A DNA stretch of 64,000 nt, from the NCBI GenBank assembly GCA_048939245.1, contig JBHLPR010000005.1:1-64000 (forward strand), in the 5' to 3' direction. Made by a program: the position numbers and the translations under genes. Source of the DNA: Promethearchaeota archaeon (GTDB taxonomy: Archaea > Asgardarchaeota > Hermodarchaeia > Hermodarchaeales > Hermodarchaeaceae). Below, piece after piece: positions 28,370 through 38,861 of the stretch. A model generated the notes under the pieces. That model was given only the letters and a program-made list of their open reading frames with translations. It searched no databases and was not told where the DNA came from. How positions within the stretch are numbered: position 1 is the first letter of the stretch; each line of letters opens with the position of its first letter.

Positions 28370-29179
28370 TTGCAAGTAGAGAAAGTTATGGCAACCCCAG
28401 TAAAGACCATTGATAAAGACCAGGCAGTACCAGCAGCATTGGATACCATGGCGAAATTAGGTATTTCAGCGCTCCCCGTAACAGATGGGAGCCGCCTAAT
28501 TGGATTGGTTACTGAACTTGATCTTGTTGACCGTTTAGGTTCAGGTCGGGCAGGAAAGTTGTCCCCTGCAAGTATTCACATCAGTTCCGTTATGGAACTA
28601 AATCCTCAAACCGTTGAACCGTCAACCGATATGTTTGAGGCTGCAAAACTCCTTCTAAGACGGAAAGAACGAGCGCTACCTGTCATTGAGGACGAGAACA
28701 TTGTTGGCATTATTACTAATACACATTTTGTACGACAATGCCGTGATATTGATAATATACGAGTTCGTGATCTAAAACTAGAAAAGCCGATTAGCGTTCG
28801 TCTAACTGATCGTGTAGTTCATGCCCGTCAACTGATTTTAGCTGAAAATATGCCAGGACTCCCCGTGGTTGATGAAGGAAAAATCATCGGATTGGTTACA
28901 AAGAAACGTTTGGCACTTGGATTTGCCGCGTTTCGAAAAGAAACTCCTGCAAAGTATCAGAGTACACGGCTTCGTGATTTTCTTGTGTCCAACATATTTA
29001 CAAGAACTGAGTTAACTACCACGCTGGATATGAAAGTGGGAGAAGCAGCAGAATTACTCCTCCAAGATCATCAACACCTTTTACCTGTAATTAAAAAAGA
29101 TAAGATGGATAATATCCTGATCAGGCGGAACCTCGTAGATCTGGTTGCGAACCGATTTGTGCCACGGAAGAAACGTTGA
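28370..29179 (+). CDS. Four-CBS-domain protein
   Basis: Repeated LPV...GLVT/GIIT CBS motifs. Confidence 0.9.
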   Translation: MQVEKVMATPVKTIDKDQAVPAALDTMAKLGISALPVTDGSRLIGLVTELDLVDRLGSGRAGKLSPASIHISSVMELNPQTVEPSTDMFEAAKLLLRRKERALPVIEDENIVGIITNTHFVRQCRDIDNIRVRDLKLEKPISVRLTDRVVHARQLILAENMPGLPVVDEGKIIGLVTKKRLALGFAAFRKETPAKYQSTRLRDFLVSNIFTRTELTTTLDMKVGEAAELLLQDHQHLLPVIKKDKMDNILIRRNLVDLVANRFVPRKKR

Positions 29180-29198
29180 GCTCGTAGGAGGTCCATAG

Positions 29199-29849
29199 AT
29201 GTCTAAACTCCTAAGTCTCGAAGATGGAATCGTATTGACACATTTTGCTCGAAAGACCCTTGAGAGTTACCTCCATGAGAAGAAAGAGCCAGCTCTGCCT
29301 GAGTCCACATCTGAAGCCTTATTGCAGCATCGTGGCGTATTTGTTACGCTAAAAAAACGACGGTCATCAACTGAAGACAAATGGTTGTTAAGAGGTTGTA
29401 TCGGGCATTTGCAACCGGGCCCAAATAGTCGTCATAAGCCTATTTCTCTTCTTGAAGCAACTCGTCAAGTTGCTTTAAGTTCCGCTCTTCAAGATCCGCG
29501 ATTTCCTCCAGTTAAAGCTGAAGAGCTGGAATCAATCCTAGTGGAAGTCAGCGTTCTAACAATGCCTGAAGATATTACAAATGAGGACAGATCGAAACTC
29601 TCAGACCATATTCAGATTGGCAAAGATGGTTTGATTATTGAAGGCAAAGGGTGGCATCGTGGTCTTCTTCTTCCACAAGTAGCACCAGAACAAAATTGGA
29701 ACACTGAAGAATTCTTGCAAGGATGTTGCCAAAAGGCAGGATTACCTCCTAATTGCTATTTTGACACGGATGTGACCATTATGAAATTTCAGGCCCAAAT
29801 TTTTACTGAAACCTCACCAAACGGTGAAGTCGTAGAGTTGAAGTTTTAG
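29199..29849 (+). CDS. AMMECR1-family protein
   Basis: GVFVTL, LRGCIG, DPRFPPV, GLLLPQVA. Confidence 0.95.
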   Translation: MSKLLSLEDGIVLTHFARKTLESYLHEKKEPALPESTSEALLQHRGVFVTLKKRRSSTEDKWLLRGCIGHLQPGPNSRHKPISLLEATRQVALSSALQDPRFPPVKAEELESILVEVSVLTMPEDITNEDRSKLSDHIQIGKDGLIIEGKGWHRGLLLPQVAPEQNWNTEEFLQGCCQKAGLPPNCYFDTDVTIMKFQAQIFTETSPNGEVVELKF

Positions 29850-29850
29850 A

Positions 29851-30306
29851 TCATTTCGTTTCAGATAAAATAGGAGGCGTGTTGTTTACTTCATCAAGGA
29901 CCATCAAGGTGTTAATATTTCTAATATCTGAGATTTTTGAAATTGATTTATGTAATAGAGCTGTAAAATCAGAAATTCCACTTGCAAGTAACCGAACAAC
30001 TAGGTCAACATTACCAGCTGTTTTTGTTATGGAAAGTATTTGAGGAATTTTTTGAAGTTGCTTGGCAACCACGTCGGCTTTACCATGGGATGTGCGAATA
30101 AGGAGGAGTGATTGAATTGGCCATCCGATTTTCACCCAATCTAGTTCAGCCCCGAGTTTTGTGATTATTCCTCGTGAGACGAGGTTATTGATTCGATTTC
30201 GGGCAGCAGTTGCACTTAAGCCAACACTACGTCCAAGCTCGGAGAATGATATTCGGGAATTTGACTGGAGAACGTGGAGAATCTGTAAATCCACTTCATC
30301 AAGCAT
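29851..30306 (-). CDS. Lrp/AsnC-family regulator
   Basis: LDEVDLQILHVLQSNSRISFSELGRSVGLS. Confidence 0.92.
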   Translation of the reverse strand: MLDEVDLQILHVLQSNSRISFSELGRSVGLSATAARNRINNLVSRGIITKLGAELDWVKIGWPIQSLLLIRTSHGKADVVAKQLQKIPQILSITKTAGNVDLVVRLLASGISDFTALLHKSISKISDIRNINTLMVLDEVNNTPPILSETK

Positions 30307-30375
30307 GCGAATAGGTCCCTCAAATTACGGCTTAGGCTTCATGACTTAAAAGCCTAGTCGCTATGAAATCATTAG

Positions 30376-31800
30376 ATGTCAACTCTTAACCAAATTCGTC
30401 TTCAAAGTTTGAGAACTCTTCGACCAACCAAATCCGAGTTAGATTCAGCTTCTACGATTTTTAATGCCTTGAAGAAGGCTATCCAATTAGAGGTAGAAGA
30501 AAGGGGAGTCGACATTGCATTTATTGAATTAGAAGGTTCATCCGGACGAAAACAAACTCAGCTTCGAAATTGGAAGGAGTTAGACATATTCGTTGGATTA
30601 CCGGTTTCAGCTCAACCAGAATCATTAGAAGGAGGAGTTCCTTCAAAATCCTCGATTCGCAGATTACTAAAAAAGATGGTGAAGGACGTAGCAGTCAGTG
30701 CCGCAACCCAGGTTCAAGCAGAAAAAATTCAAATAGCTTATGCTGAGCACCCGTATCTTATTGCTCAAATTGACGATTATCAAGTTGAGGTTGTTTTTTG
30801 CTTCGATTTGACAAAGGAGTATATACTAGAAAACGGACCGATTACTGCAGTCGATCGAACACCACACCACTCAAATTTCGTACATCAGAACCTAACTAGC
30901 CGTCAACGTGATGATGTTCGCCTTTTAAAAGCGTTTTTTCAATCCTCGTTTGTATATGGAGATTCAAGTCCCATAGGCCGAAGTGGGTTTACCGGATTTA
31001 GTGCTGAAATGTTAATCTTTCACAGGCAGACGATTGAAGCCGCCTTAGAATTTCTTTCCCAGCTAAAGCCTGAGCCATTAGATTTCTTCAACCGTGCTTC
31101 TGATTTCCTAAAATCTAAATTCTCCCATGATTTCTTCATCGTCTCTGATCCGATAGACCCTAACCGTAATATTGCATCTAGCATCTCAGAACGGGCATAT
31201 CGCTTTTCAGCACGCCAAGCACATCAATTACTGCAACACCCGACGATGAAATTCTTCGAGAGGCAACCAGTTCCCCAATTGCAGGACTCTGAGCTGGAAT
31301 TATTAGAGCCACACTATTATGTTATCGAGTTTCATGACCAAACAGGTTGGCATTACACAAAAACTCGGGATAAAATCTATCGGTATTTTTCCAAACTTTC
31401 AAGATTCCTGAAACAGGAACCCACAGGCGAACCACGATTTGGCCAAGTAATTTTTGAGGAGCTCTTTCATGAAGACATCTTCGCAGTTGCACTCTACATT
31501 GAAAACGTAGAGATTACTAAATCCTATATCAGAATTGGACCATCACCGGACTATCTTGATGGCGTCAAACGATTCTTAGAAAAACATCCTAACGGATTTT
31601 TAAAAAATGGACGCTATTATATTGAGACAAAGAGAGAGTTCATGGAGGCAGAACAAGCACTTCGTAACTTTCTATCAAGAAACCAAATCTCCTCAAAAAT
31701 AGTTGTGAGTAATATTTCTCGATGTGGAACTACTCGGATTGGAAAACAGGCATTGTGGATTTTGACTCAGGCTGTTCAGCCCTTTATTAAATCAGATTGA
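30376..31800 (+). CDS. cca: Class I CCA-adding enzyme
   Basis: GS...ELDIF, YAEHPY, AVDRTPHH, DVRLLKAF, GFTGF, DPIDPNRNIAS. Confidence 0.88.
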   Translation: MSTLNQIRLQSLRTLRPTKSELDSASTIFNALKKAIQLEVEERGVDIAFIELEGSSGRKQTQLRNWKELDIFVGLPVSAQPESLEGGVPSKSSIRRLLKKMVKDVAVSAATQVQAEKIQIAYAEHPYLIAQIDDYQVEVVFCFDLTKEYILENGPITAVDRTPHHSNFVHQNLTSRQRDDVRLLKAFFQSSFVYGDSSPIGRSGFTGFSAEMLIFHRQTIEAALEFLSQLKPEPLDFFNRASDFLKSKFSHDFFIVSDPIDPNRNIASSISERAYRFSARQAHQLLQHPTMKFFERQPVPQLQDSELELLEPHYYVIEFHDQTGWHYTKTRDKIYRYFSKLSRFLKQEPTGEPRFGQVIFEELFHEDIFAVALYIENVEITKSYIRIGPSPDYLDGVKRFLEKHPNGFLKNGRYYIETKREFMEAEQALRNFLSRNQISSKIVVSNISRCGTTRIGKQALWILTQAVQPFIKSD

Positions 31801-31818
31801 AAATATCTCGCAAAACAA

Positions 31819-32211
31819 CTATGACTGGTTTTTCGTTTCAAAAACACGAACTGTTATTCCTGATTTCTTTTGGAGAGGAGCTTCGAAGAATGCAATCATA
31901 TCATCGCCACTCCTTTTCGTAAGCTCTTCGCTATCTAAAGCAACCAGTCTGATTGCCCCATAGGCATATTCGAAGAGGCCCGTCACTTGTGGCATCTTAT
32001 TTCCAAGGTAGCTTATTTCAACAACAAAATAACTGGAAGGAAGTTTTTTCACCCCCTCAGGGGACTTGACACTGAATTGCACCTTGTTAATCTGCGATAT
32101 TGTTCTTAATTCATTGATAAATCTTGGACGTATCATTAGTGCTCCTGTTTTGTCGAGGACGTCTGTTAACACTCGTTCCTTTGATTTGAAAGTTATATGC
32201 CAATGGTTCAC
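31819..32211 (-). CDS. Hypothetical protein
   Basis: 130-aa ORF filling the gap, GGTG SD-like site upstream; no family recognised. Confidence 0.6.
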   Translation of the reverse strand: MNHWHITFKSKERVLTDVLDKTGALMIRPRFINELRTISQINKVQFSVKSPEGVKKLPSSYFVVEISYLGNKMPQVTGLFEYAYGAIRLVALDSEELTKRSGDDMIAFFEAPLQKKSGITVRVFETKNQS

Positions 32212-32291
32212 TGTATGCCACCCTATTTTGCTATAAATTACAAACTGTAAAATAGTGTATTGTAACTCCGTTTAAACGGTTTGGCGAAACG

Positions 32292-34184
32292 GTGAAATCA
32301 ATGGATATGGCTGAGATTCTTACAAAGGGTACCCCTGGAAAAAAATATCTACTTCTTGGAAATGAGGCGATTGCTCGTGGTGCAATCGAAGCAGGATTGG
32401 AATTAGCAGCAACATATCCTGGTACACCTTCCTCAGAAATTGGTGATAGCCTATTTCATGCAGTCAAAGAAGGCAATTATTTCTTTGAATACTGTACAAA
32501 TGAGAAAGTCGCAATGGAGGTTGCTGGGGCAGCTGCAGTCGCTAATGCACGATCGCTTGTAATCATGAAACACGTGGGTCTAAATGTTGCTTCAGACGCG
32601 TTCATGACATTAAATTACATCGGCGTTCGAGCTGGACTTGTAATCGTTTCTGCAGATGACCCAGGCTGTTGGAGCTCGCAAAATGAGCAGGATAATCGGT
32701 TCTATGCTATGCTAGGTGACACCACGATGCTGGAGCCAGCCGACCCCCAGGAAGCAAAAGACATGACTATTGCTGCTTTTGAACTATCAGAAGAACTCGA
32801 GCAACCTGTTTTACTCCGAGTCACCACACGCGTTAGCCATACACGATCAGGAGTCGAATTGGGTCTTATTCGTCCACCACGAAATAACGCAAACTTCGAA
32901 CGCGATCCATTTCGGTTTGTAACTGTTCCCACAGTAGCGAGAAAACGACATCCGATTCTAGTTGAAAAGGTCAAAAAAGCTATGAAAATCTCTGAGAAGA
33001 GTGAATACAACAGAATTCTTGGAAAAGGAAAACTTGGTATTCTTACTTCTGGGGTGGCTTTCAACTATGTTATGGAAGCCATAGCTGCTCTAGAATTGAA
33101 AGCGGAAGTTTTCAAGGTTGGAATGACTTACCCACTTCCGAAGAAAAAAATTCAGAAATTCATCGCCTCAAAGGAAAAAGTCATTGTCATCGAAGAATTA
33201 AAGCCCTATCTTGAACACCATGCTCGAGCCTTTGCACAAGAAAAGGAAATTCTGACGCCGATATTAGGTAAAAGCCAAGGATATTTCTCAGAAATTGGTG
33301 AATTTACCCCAAGAACTGTAATTGAAGGTATAGCCAAAGCTCTGGGAAAAGCGATTCCACCCAGCTTCCAAGAAATTGATAATAAATTCGCTGAAACTCA
33401 TTCAGAAGCACCCCCTCGACCCCCTATACTTTGTGCAGGATGCCCACACCGGGCAACCTTTTACGAAGTTGCAGTCGCTACAGGGCGGAAAGGCATCTAT
33501 CCAACCGATATCGGGTGTTATACACTAGCAATACAACCTCCCCTCGAAATGGCTGATTTGCTCCTTTGCATGGGTTCCAGTATCGGAACCTCGTGTGGAT
33601 TGACTGCGGTTCTAGAAAAACCAATTGTGGGGGCAATTGGTGATTCAACGTTTTTCCACTCAGGAATTCCTGGTCTGGTCAATGCCGTTTATAACCAGCA
33701 CCCTGTGAAAATCATTGTAGTAGATAACAATACTACAGCGATGACCGGGCACCAGCCGCACCCAGGAACTGGAATGACTGGTATGGGAGTTCAAGGCGTA
33801 AAAATTAGTATTGAAGAAGTAGCACGGGGAGTTGGAGTGGAATATGTTAAGGTTATTGATCCACTAAAGGTCAAAGAGTCGATTCGTGCAATTCGCGAAG
33901 CAGTTGCTTATGATGGCCCGGCAGTAATTGTTTCACGAAGCCCTTGTGCGCTTGTAGAAGGGGCAAGAAAGCGTGGTGCGGGTGAACCCATTATCCCATT
34001 CGAGGTTGATCCTGAAGTGTGTCAGGGTTGCAGAGTTTGTACAGACAAGCTAGGTTGCGCTGCAGCGATTTGGACAGGAGAACATGCTGCAATTGATGCA
34101 GATCTTTGTTCGGGATGTGGGGTTTGCGCGCAGATTTGCTCCTATAATGCGATTCGAGAGGTTAACGTAGATGAGAGAGTTTAA
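32292..34184 (+). CDS. iorA: Indolepyruvate:ferredoxin oxidoreductase alpha subunit
   Basis: LLGNEAIARG, YPGTPSSE, MKHVGLNVA, CAGCPHR, GDSTFFHSG, C-terminal 2x4Fe-4S motif. Confidence 0.96.
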   Translation: MKSMDMAEILTKGTPGKKYLLLGNEAIARGAIEAGLELAATYPGTPSSEIGDSLFHAVKEGNYFFEYCTNEKVAMEVAGAAAVANARSLVIMKHVGLNVASDAFMTLNYIGVRAGLVIVSADDPGCWSSQNEQDNRFYAMLGDTTMLEPADPQEAKDMTIAAFELSEELEQPVLLRVTTRVSHTRSGVELGLIRPPRNNANFERDPFRFVTVPTVARKRHPILVEKVKKAMKISEKSEYNRILGKGKLGILTSGVAFNYVMEAIAALELKAEVFKVGMTYPLPKKKIQKFIASKEKVIVIEELKPYLEHHARAFAQEKEILTPILGKSQGYFSEIGEFTPRTVIEGIAKALGKAIPPSFQEIDNKFAETHSEAPPRPPILCAGCPHRATFYEVAVATGRKGIYPTDIGCYTLAIQPPLEMADLLLCMGSSIGTSCGLTAVLEKPIVGAIGDSTFFHSGIPGLVNAVYNQHPVKIIVVDNNTTAMTGHQPHPGTGMTGMGVQGVKISIEEVARGVGVEYVKVIDPLKVKESIRAIREAVAYDGPAVIVSRSPCALVEGARKRGAGEPIIPFEVDPEVCQGCRVCTDKLGCAAAIWTGEHAAIDADLCSGCGVCAQICSYNAIREVNVDERV

Positions 34185-34773
34185 CATCATGTTTACGGGT
34201 GTTGGTGGAACAGGTGTCCTTACTGCTGCCCGGATTCTAGCATCAGCCGCACTTACCGAAGGTCATAACGTGCGAATGGGAGAAATCCACGGTATGGCTC
34301 AACGAGGAGGGGCCGTGAACTGCACCATCAGAATAGGAGAGAACGTTCATGGACCAATTATTCCAACTGGCAAAGCCGATTTACTCTTAAGTGTTGAACC
34401 TGTCGAAGCTCTTCGAAATGTCAATCGGGTAATGCCAACAGGAACCATTATTGTCGGTGAATATCGGATTATACCGACGGGGGTGCTTCTTGGTCAGGCT
34501 GAATATCCCGATGATGGAACGATTTTAAGGGATTTAGTGAAATTTGCGAAGGTCGTTACTTTTGATGCCGCAAAACTAGCTCAAGAAGCGGGTGGAATCT
34601 TGACGATGAACACTGTTCTAATTGGAGCTGTTCTCGGTTTAACATTACTTCCAATCAAAGAAAAAACGATAATTGCAGCAATTAAGACTATTCTCCCTAG
34701 TCGTTACCATGAAATGAATATCACTGCTCTTGAAAAGGGTAAGAACGCTCAAAAAAGGACACTTTCGTCCTAG
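34171..34773 (+). CDS. iorB: Indolepyruvate oxidoreductase beta subunit
   Basis: GVGGTG, EIHGMAQRGGAV, EPVEALR; overlaps iorA. Confidence 0.95.
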   Translation: MREFNIMFTGVGGTGVLTAARILASAALTEGHNVRMGEIHGMAQRGGAVNCTIRIGENVHGPIIPTGKADLLLSVEPVEALRNVNRVMPTGTIIVGEYRIIPTGVLLGQAEYPDDGTILRDLVKFAKVVTFDAAKLAQEAGGILTMNTVLIGAVLGLTLLPIKEKTIIAAIKTILPSRYHEMNITALEKGKNAQKRTLSS

Positions 34774-35717
34774 CGATTTAAAGCAATTGAAGCATAGCCA
34801 ACTATGGCTTCTGAGCTTCCGCGAATATCAAAACTGGTTGCATATTTTAAGCAGGTTCCGTTTTTGGCACCTAATCGTTTTGCAGTTTCGATAGTTGTGG
34901 CGACTGCGCTAGCTCCGCACATTGTCCGATTTTCTTTTACTACAGTGTCTAGAAGCGCCTTTCCGTCTAATTGCTCAATTTTCTTAATAAGATCGCGATC
35001 TGTTGCATGAATCCATTTGATAATTTTGTCAACAGGACCGCTGCCGACCGGGGCGTAGTTGTAAAAATATTTTCCATAATGTGTGAAGTCGGTACTAGCG
35101 ATAATGAATACATCACGTTTACTTTTTTGAACAGAATCAGCAATTATGTTGCCAACTTTTTCGCAAATGGAATACTTAGAAGTGGTAATTAAAAGAGGAA
35201 CAATTTTGAAATCCTTGTTTTTACCTAAAAATTGAAGAAACGGTAATTGCACTTCAATTGAGTGTTCAGTTAAATGGGCTTCAGTATTTTCTATTATGCA
35301 ATTTGCACCGGATGTCTTATTCTGTTTTAAAAGGAGTTGGGCAAGAGCAGAATCGATTGCACATTTCCCAAGTGGTGTTTCCCACACACCTTCGGGCATT
35401 AAGGCAGCTCCCGGGAACCGGAGAGGTCTATGTTTTACGCCGATCAAAATGAATGTTTCAGGAAATCCATCTTGGGCAATTGCCTTGTATAAGTGTGAAG
35501 CTATAGGGCCGGAGTAGATGAACCCTGCATGAGGAGCCACGCCCGCCACTAATGTGTTATTTCGCTTTGGATTTATTTGTGGAATGGCTCCAGCACCGTG
35601 CGAATCGGTAAAGGCGTCTCGAATTGAATTCTCAAGGGCTTTTTTTTCTGGTGGATAGAAGCCGATTGCTGCAGGTTGTCTTATTTCTACCATAACGTCA
35701 CCGGTAGTACAATTCAC
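34770..35717 (-). CDS. MEMO1-family protein
   Basis: PHAGFIYSG, EHSIEVQLPFLQ, ASTDFTHYG, TMCG, VGYAS. Confidence 0.95.
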   Translation of the reverse strand: MNCTTGDVMVEIRQPAAIGFYPPEKKALENSIRDAFTDSHGAGAIPQINPKRNNTLVAGVAPHAGFIYSGPIASHLYKAIAQDGFPETFILIGVKHRPLRFPGAALMPEGVWETPLGKCAIDSALAQLLLKQNKTSGANCIIENTEAHLTEHSIEVQLPFLQFLGKNKDFKIVPLLITTSKYSICEKVGNIIADSVQKSKRDVFIIASTDFTHYGKYFYNYAPVGSGPVDKIIKWIHATDRDLIKKIEQLDGKALLDTVVKENRTMCGASAVATTIETAKRLGAKNGTCLKYATSFDIRGSSEAIVGYASIALNR

Positions 35718-36536
35718 CCGGTAACCAAAAAGGTTTTTTTCGCATGTTATGAGTGTCGGAATGTGATTGAAATGAGCGCACGAATGGATGAAGGAACAAT
35801 ACGGGCACTCCGAAATTTAGGATTGAGTAGTTATGAAGCCCGCGTATATTTCTCCTTAGTCAAAAATGGGGCACTTACAGCAAGCGAGGTGAGTTCAGAG
35901 TCCCGAATTCCATTTAGTCGAGTGTACGATGTTTTAGCAACCCTTGAGCGAGGTGGATGGATAACTGTTGAACAGGGACGGCCTAAACACTATGTTCCAA
36001 AAAGCCCTCGTGAAACAACAAAGGCTGCTGTGCTTTCGGCACAGGATCGTTTGGCAGAATGGGAACAACGAGTGATTGAGAATCTACAACCCTTATTTGA
36101 TGAAAAAACGAAGATATCTGCTCCGGAAGTTCATATTCTCCATGGATCAAACAATGTTCGTGCAAAGTTGAATGTTGCACTTGGTCAGGCAGAACGGAGT
36201 GTACTTCTTTCCTGGGGAATAATTCGTGAAGAGGATATTGAGTCCATTAGCCCCACTTTGCTCCATCTTCGTGATCGAGGGGTAAGAATTCAGATTCTTG
36301 TATCCGAGCAAACTTTGACGGAAAAAGTACAACGATTAATATCTGCAGTAGGTGAGGGACGAAAGAGAAAGGAAATCTATGGTGGTGGAGCAATTATTGA
36401 TGAGAAACAAGCAATTATCATGCTAACGACTAAGCCAGCTGAATCATTAGCAATTTGGACTAGCCATACTGAATTGGGAGAAATAGCAAAAATATATTTT
36501 CTCTATCTCTATAATTCGGCTGAACCATTATCCTAA
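35676..36536 (+). CDS. TrmB-family transcriptional regulator (start probably near 35772)
   Basis: LGLSSYEARVY...SRVYDVLATL...GRPKHY plus C-terminal effector domain. Confidence 0.92.
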   Translation: MSYFYHNVTGSTIHPVTKKVFFACYECRNVIEMSARMDEGTIRALRNLGLSSYEARVYFSLVKNGALTASEVSSESRIPFSRVYDVLATLERGGWITVEQGRPKHYVPKSPRETTKAAVLSAQDRLAEWEQRVIENLQPLFDEKTKISAPEVHILHGSNNVRAKLNVALGQAERSVLLSWGIIREEDIESISPTLLHLRDRGVRIQILVSEQTLTEKVQRLISAVGEGRKRKEIYGGGAIIDEKQAIIMLTTKPAESLAIWTSHTELGEIAKIYFLYLYNSAEPLS

Positions 36537-36542
36537 GAACAG

Positions 36543-36857
36543 TTATTTGGTTTCAAGTATTTCGTGTTTGAGTTTGCCGAGAAGGATAATTGCCACTCCT
36601 AAGGGAATTCGAAGTTGAACGGCAAGCTCTTCAGCTGTTATTTTTGGACGTTTTGGGAGAATATGAGTACGAGTATAGTCAAGAAGATGCGGATAAAGAA
36701 CCATCGATGTCACTGTCTCTTCCAAAATTGCTCTCCAGTCGCGAGTGCCCGAAGGGGCAGTCTCTAAGACTTCCATAGTGCTTTCTTTTTTTGTGTCAGC
36801 GCTTTTTTTCTTAGGAGGTTTTTTCTTCTTGAAATACGGATCCAAACCAAAGCTCAT
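36543..36857 (-). CDS. Small basic protein with a Lys-rich N-terminus and an HTH-like C-terminus
   Basis: KKKKPPKKK tract; ITAEELAVQLRIPLGVAIILL helix-turn-helix-like segment. Confidence 0.65.
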   Translation of the reverse strand: MSFGLDPYFKKKKPPKKKSADTKKESTMEVLETAPSGTRDWRAILEETVTSMVLYPHLLDYTRTHILPKRPKITAEELAVQLRIPLGVAIILLGKLKHEILETK

Positions 36858-36905
36858 TTGGGTCTACCAATTGAGACTTTTTAACACGAAAGGCTAATTA
36901 GGCTT

Positions 36906-37661
36906 GTGGCTTTGGTGATCTTGATGCCCCGAGAAGGTTTTTACATTATTCGATGCCCAAGATGTGGGCACTACACTTATGCTCCAACCCGGCAGAAGAC
37001 ACGCTTGTGTGTATATTGTCAACGGATTTTCAAGATTAACCCGTTAAATGCAGTTTTTGTAGATGATGCAGTGACCGCGCGAACACGGGTTAAGTTGTAC
37101 CAAACCGGAAAGCATCACAAAGATTTCATGGAAGCAGTAGAAAAATCACGTGAAAAAGTGCAAACTCTCATTCCAGATGACAATCTGAGCATAGATGCGC
37201 TTAAGGAATCTAAGCATGATATCCAACCAGTTTCTGCACGACGCCGTGAATTAGAACGAATCCTTTACCAATATGCCCGAAAGAAAGCTCTTGATTTACA
37301 GGTCTTGGAAGATGAGTGTCAGAAATCTGGAATTCCCTGGGATTGGGTTGTTCAACAGATAGAAACGCTCATTCGGACTGGTCATCTCATTTTACCTAAA
37401 CCTTGGCAAATCCGGTTAATAACTGACAGGATATCATCGATAGAAAAAGAAACCCAAAGAATCAGCCCTACGAAATTAGCCCAAACGGTTGGTAGTATTC
37501 TCCGTGAGTCACAAAGTTCTCTAAGTTATGACGAAATAGTTACACGACTTGAAGAAGAGGCGATCTCTACTTCAGGTCTAGATGAAGCATTAGGTTTGTT
37601 GCGAAATCAAGGCTATATTCTCAAGAGCGCTAAAGGAACCTTTCAGTGGACAGGAGACTAA
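36906..37661 (+). CDS. Zn-ribbon (DUF1922-like) protein with C-terminal winged-helix-like repeats
   Basis: CPRCG...QKTRLCVYC; IETLIRTGHLILPKP and LGLLRNQGYI wH-like segments. Confidence 0.7.
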   Translation: MALVILMPREGFYIIRCPRCGHYTYAPTRQKTRLCVYCQRIFKINPLNAVFVDDAVTARTRVKLYQTGKHHKDFMEAVEKSREKVQTLIPDDNLSIDALKESKHDIQPVSARRRELERILYQYARKKALDLQVLEDECQKSGIPWDWVVQQIETLIRTGHLILPKPWQIRLITDRISSIEKETQRISPTKLAQTVGSILRESQSSLSYDEIVTRLEEEAISTSGLDEALGLLRNQGYILKSAKGTFQWTGD

Positions 37662-37710
37662 TTGACCACACAATTGACAAGTTTTAAACATCTATTTTGT
37701 TTAAAAAGAA

Positions 37711-38097
37711 GTGACAATATTGCCTGCTGTTTATTATCTTGCCCGTCAATTGTCTCGTCATTATTCAGGTGAAGTTATCGACTATGTCCTAATGCTCTGG
37801 CTTTATTCCAACCCCCACGAAACAAGACGACGAACACTTGCGTCATTACGTCATGTTCTAAAGCACACCCCTGAATTTCAACGCCCTGATGGAAAACCTA
37901 ACGTAACCGACGAAGAATTAAATCAAATCGTTTTTGCCGCCCTTCAACGATTAAAACAAGAAGAACTCGTAGCAGTATTTTCAAGAACTGAGGCGATGGT
38001 CCAAATTTCTTTAACGGAGAAAGGGATAGAGCATGTTCAGTCTCTACTTACACCAGAGGAGATGCAATATCTAGAAGGATCAGGGCATATCACCTAA
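37711..38097 (+). CDS. Hypothetical winged-helix-like protein
   Basis: ALQRLKQEELV...ISLTEKG wing motif. Confidence 0.6.
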   Translation: MTILPAVYYLARQLSRHYSGEVIDYVLMLWLYSNPHETRRRTLASLRHVLKHTPEFQRPDGKPNVTDEELNQIVFAALQRLKQEELVAVFSRTEAMVQISLTEKGIEHVQSLLTPEEMQYLEGSGHIT

Positions 38098-38150
38098 AAT
38101 GGGAGCTTACAAAGCATCAAATCAGACTCGCCTAAACTATATTTAGGACT

Positions 38151-38861
38151 ATGTTTCATAAGAGAGGTAGTAATTTCCTGCGGAGACTACTGAACTTGGC
38201 ATCAAGGATTGGCGAGAAAGGAACCGCCCAAACAGATTTGAAACCACCAGTAGTTTACCTTAGACAAGCTTATCGTTTGTATACTTCGAAGCATGTTCGT
38301 CAGGACTTGATACTCCCATCGCTTCGGATTCTAGCGAGTCATTTGGGAGCCCAAGAGATTGGTCGTGAACCTGAAGCTCTCTTTGCAGCCGTTACTTACA
38401 TAGCTTTTCGCCATCCCAACACCTACCCGAATCTCGTTCCAAGGAGTTACTTTTCAGCTAAGGAGTCAAAGAGCTCAAAAAGGCGGCCAGTTGAGCCACT
38501 TTTTCATGAGTCCTTTTCAGCTAAAGACTCAAGTATAGATTGGTACGCGAAACGTGTTGTCGATAAATTGGGCATTATTGTTCTATATGACGAGCGGGGT
38601 CTTCCATACTTTCTTGAACGAACAGGACCAATATATCGCCTCATCGAGGGATTAGCCGAAGAAGCTGCTATTGACGCTGTCTTGACCTCTCAAATTAGTG
38701 GTCAGCCTCAACTATTAGAGCCTATAATGAGTAGCTTATTGAATCGAATTTTTAATGTACTCAAGATTCTTCCAAAGATATTCTATAACTCGTTATATGA
38801 ACATTTAGCACCTCAGTTAGAATCCATGATTGAGAATACAAAATGGGCGATAGGCATCTAA
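38151..38861 (+). CDS. Hypothetical protein with a TFIIB/cyclin-repeat-like motif
   Basis: GREPEALFAAVTYIA resembles the TFB repeat consensus G(R/K)xPxxxAAAxxYIA. Confidence 0.55.
   Translation: MFHKRGSNFLRRLLNLASRIGEKGTAQTDLKPPVVYLRQAYRLYTSKHVRQDLILPSLRILASHLGAQEIGREPEALFAAVTYIAFRHPNTYPNLVPRSYFSAKESKSSKRRPVEPLFHESFSAKDSSIDWYAKRVVDKLGIIVLYDERGLPYFLERTGPIYRLIEGLAEEAAIDAVLTSQISGQPQLLEPIMSSLLNRIFNVLKILPKIFYNSLYEHLAPQLESMIENTKWAIGI

Noticed and set aside
30376-31800. CCA enzyme inactive because of ELD instead of DxD
   Set aside because: ExD is found in characterised archaeal class I CCA enzymes.
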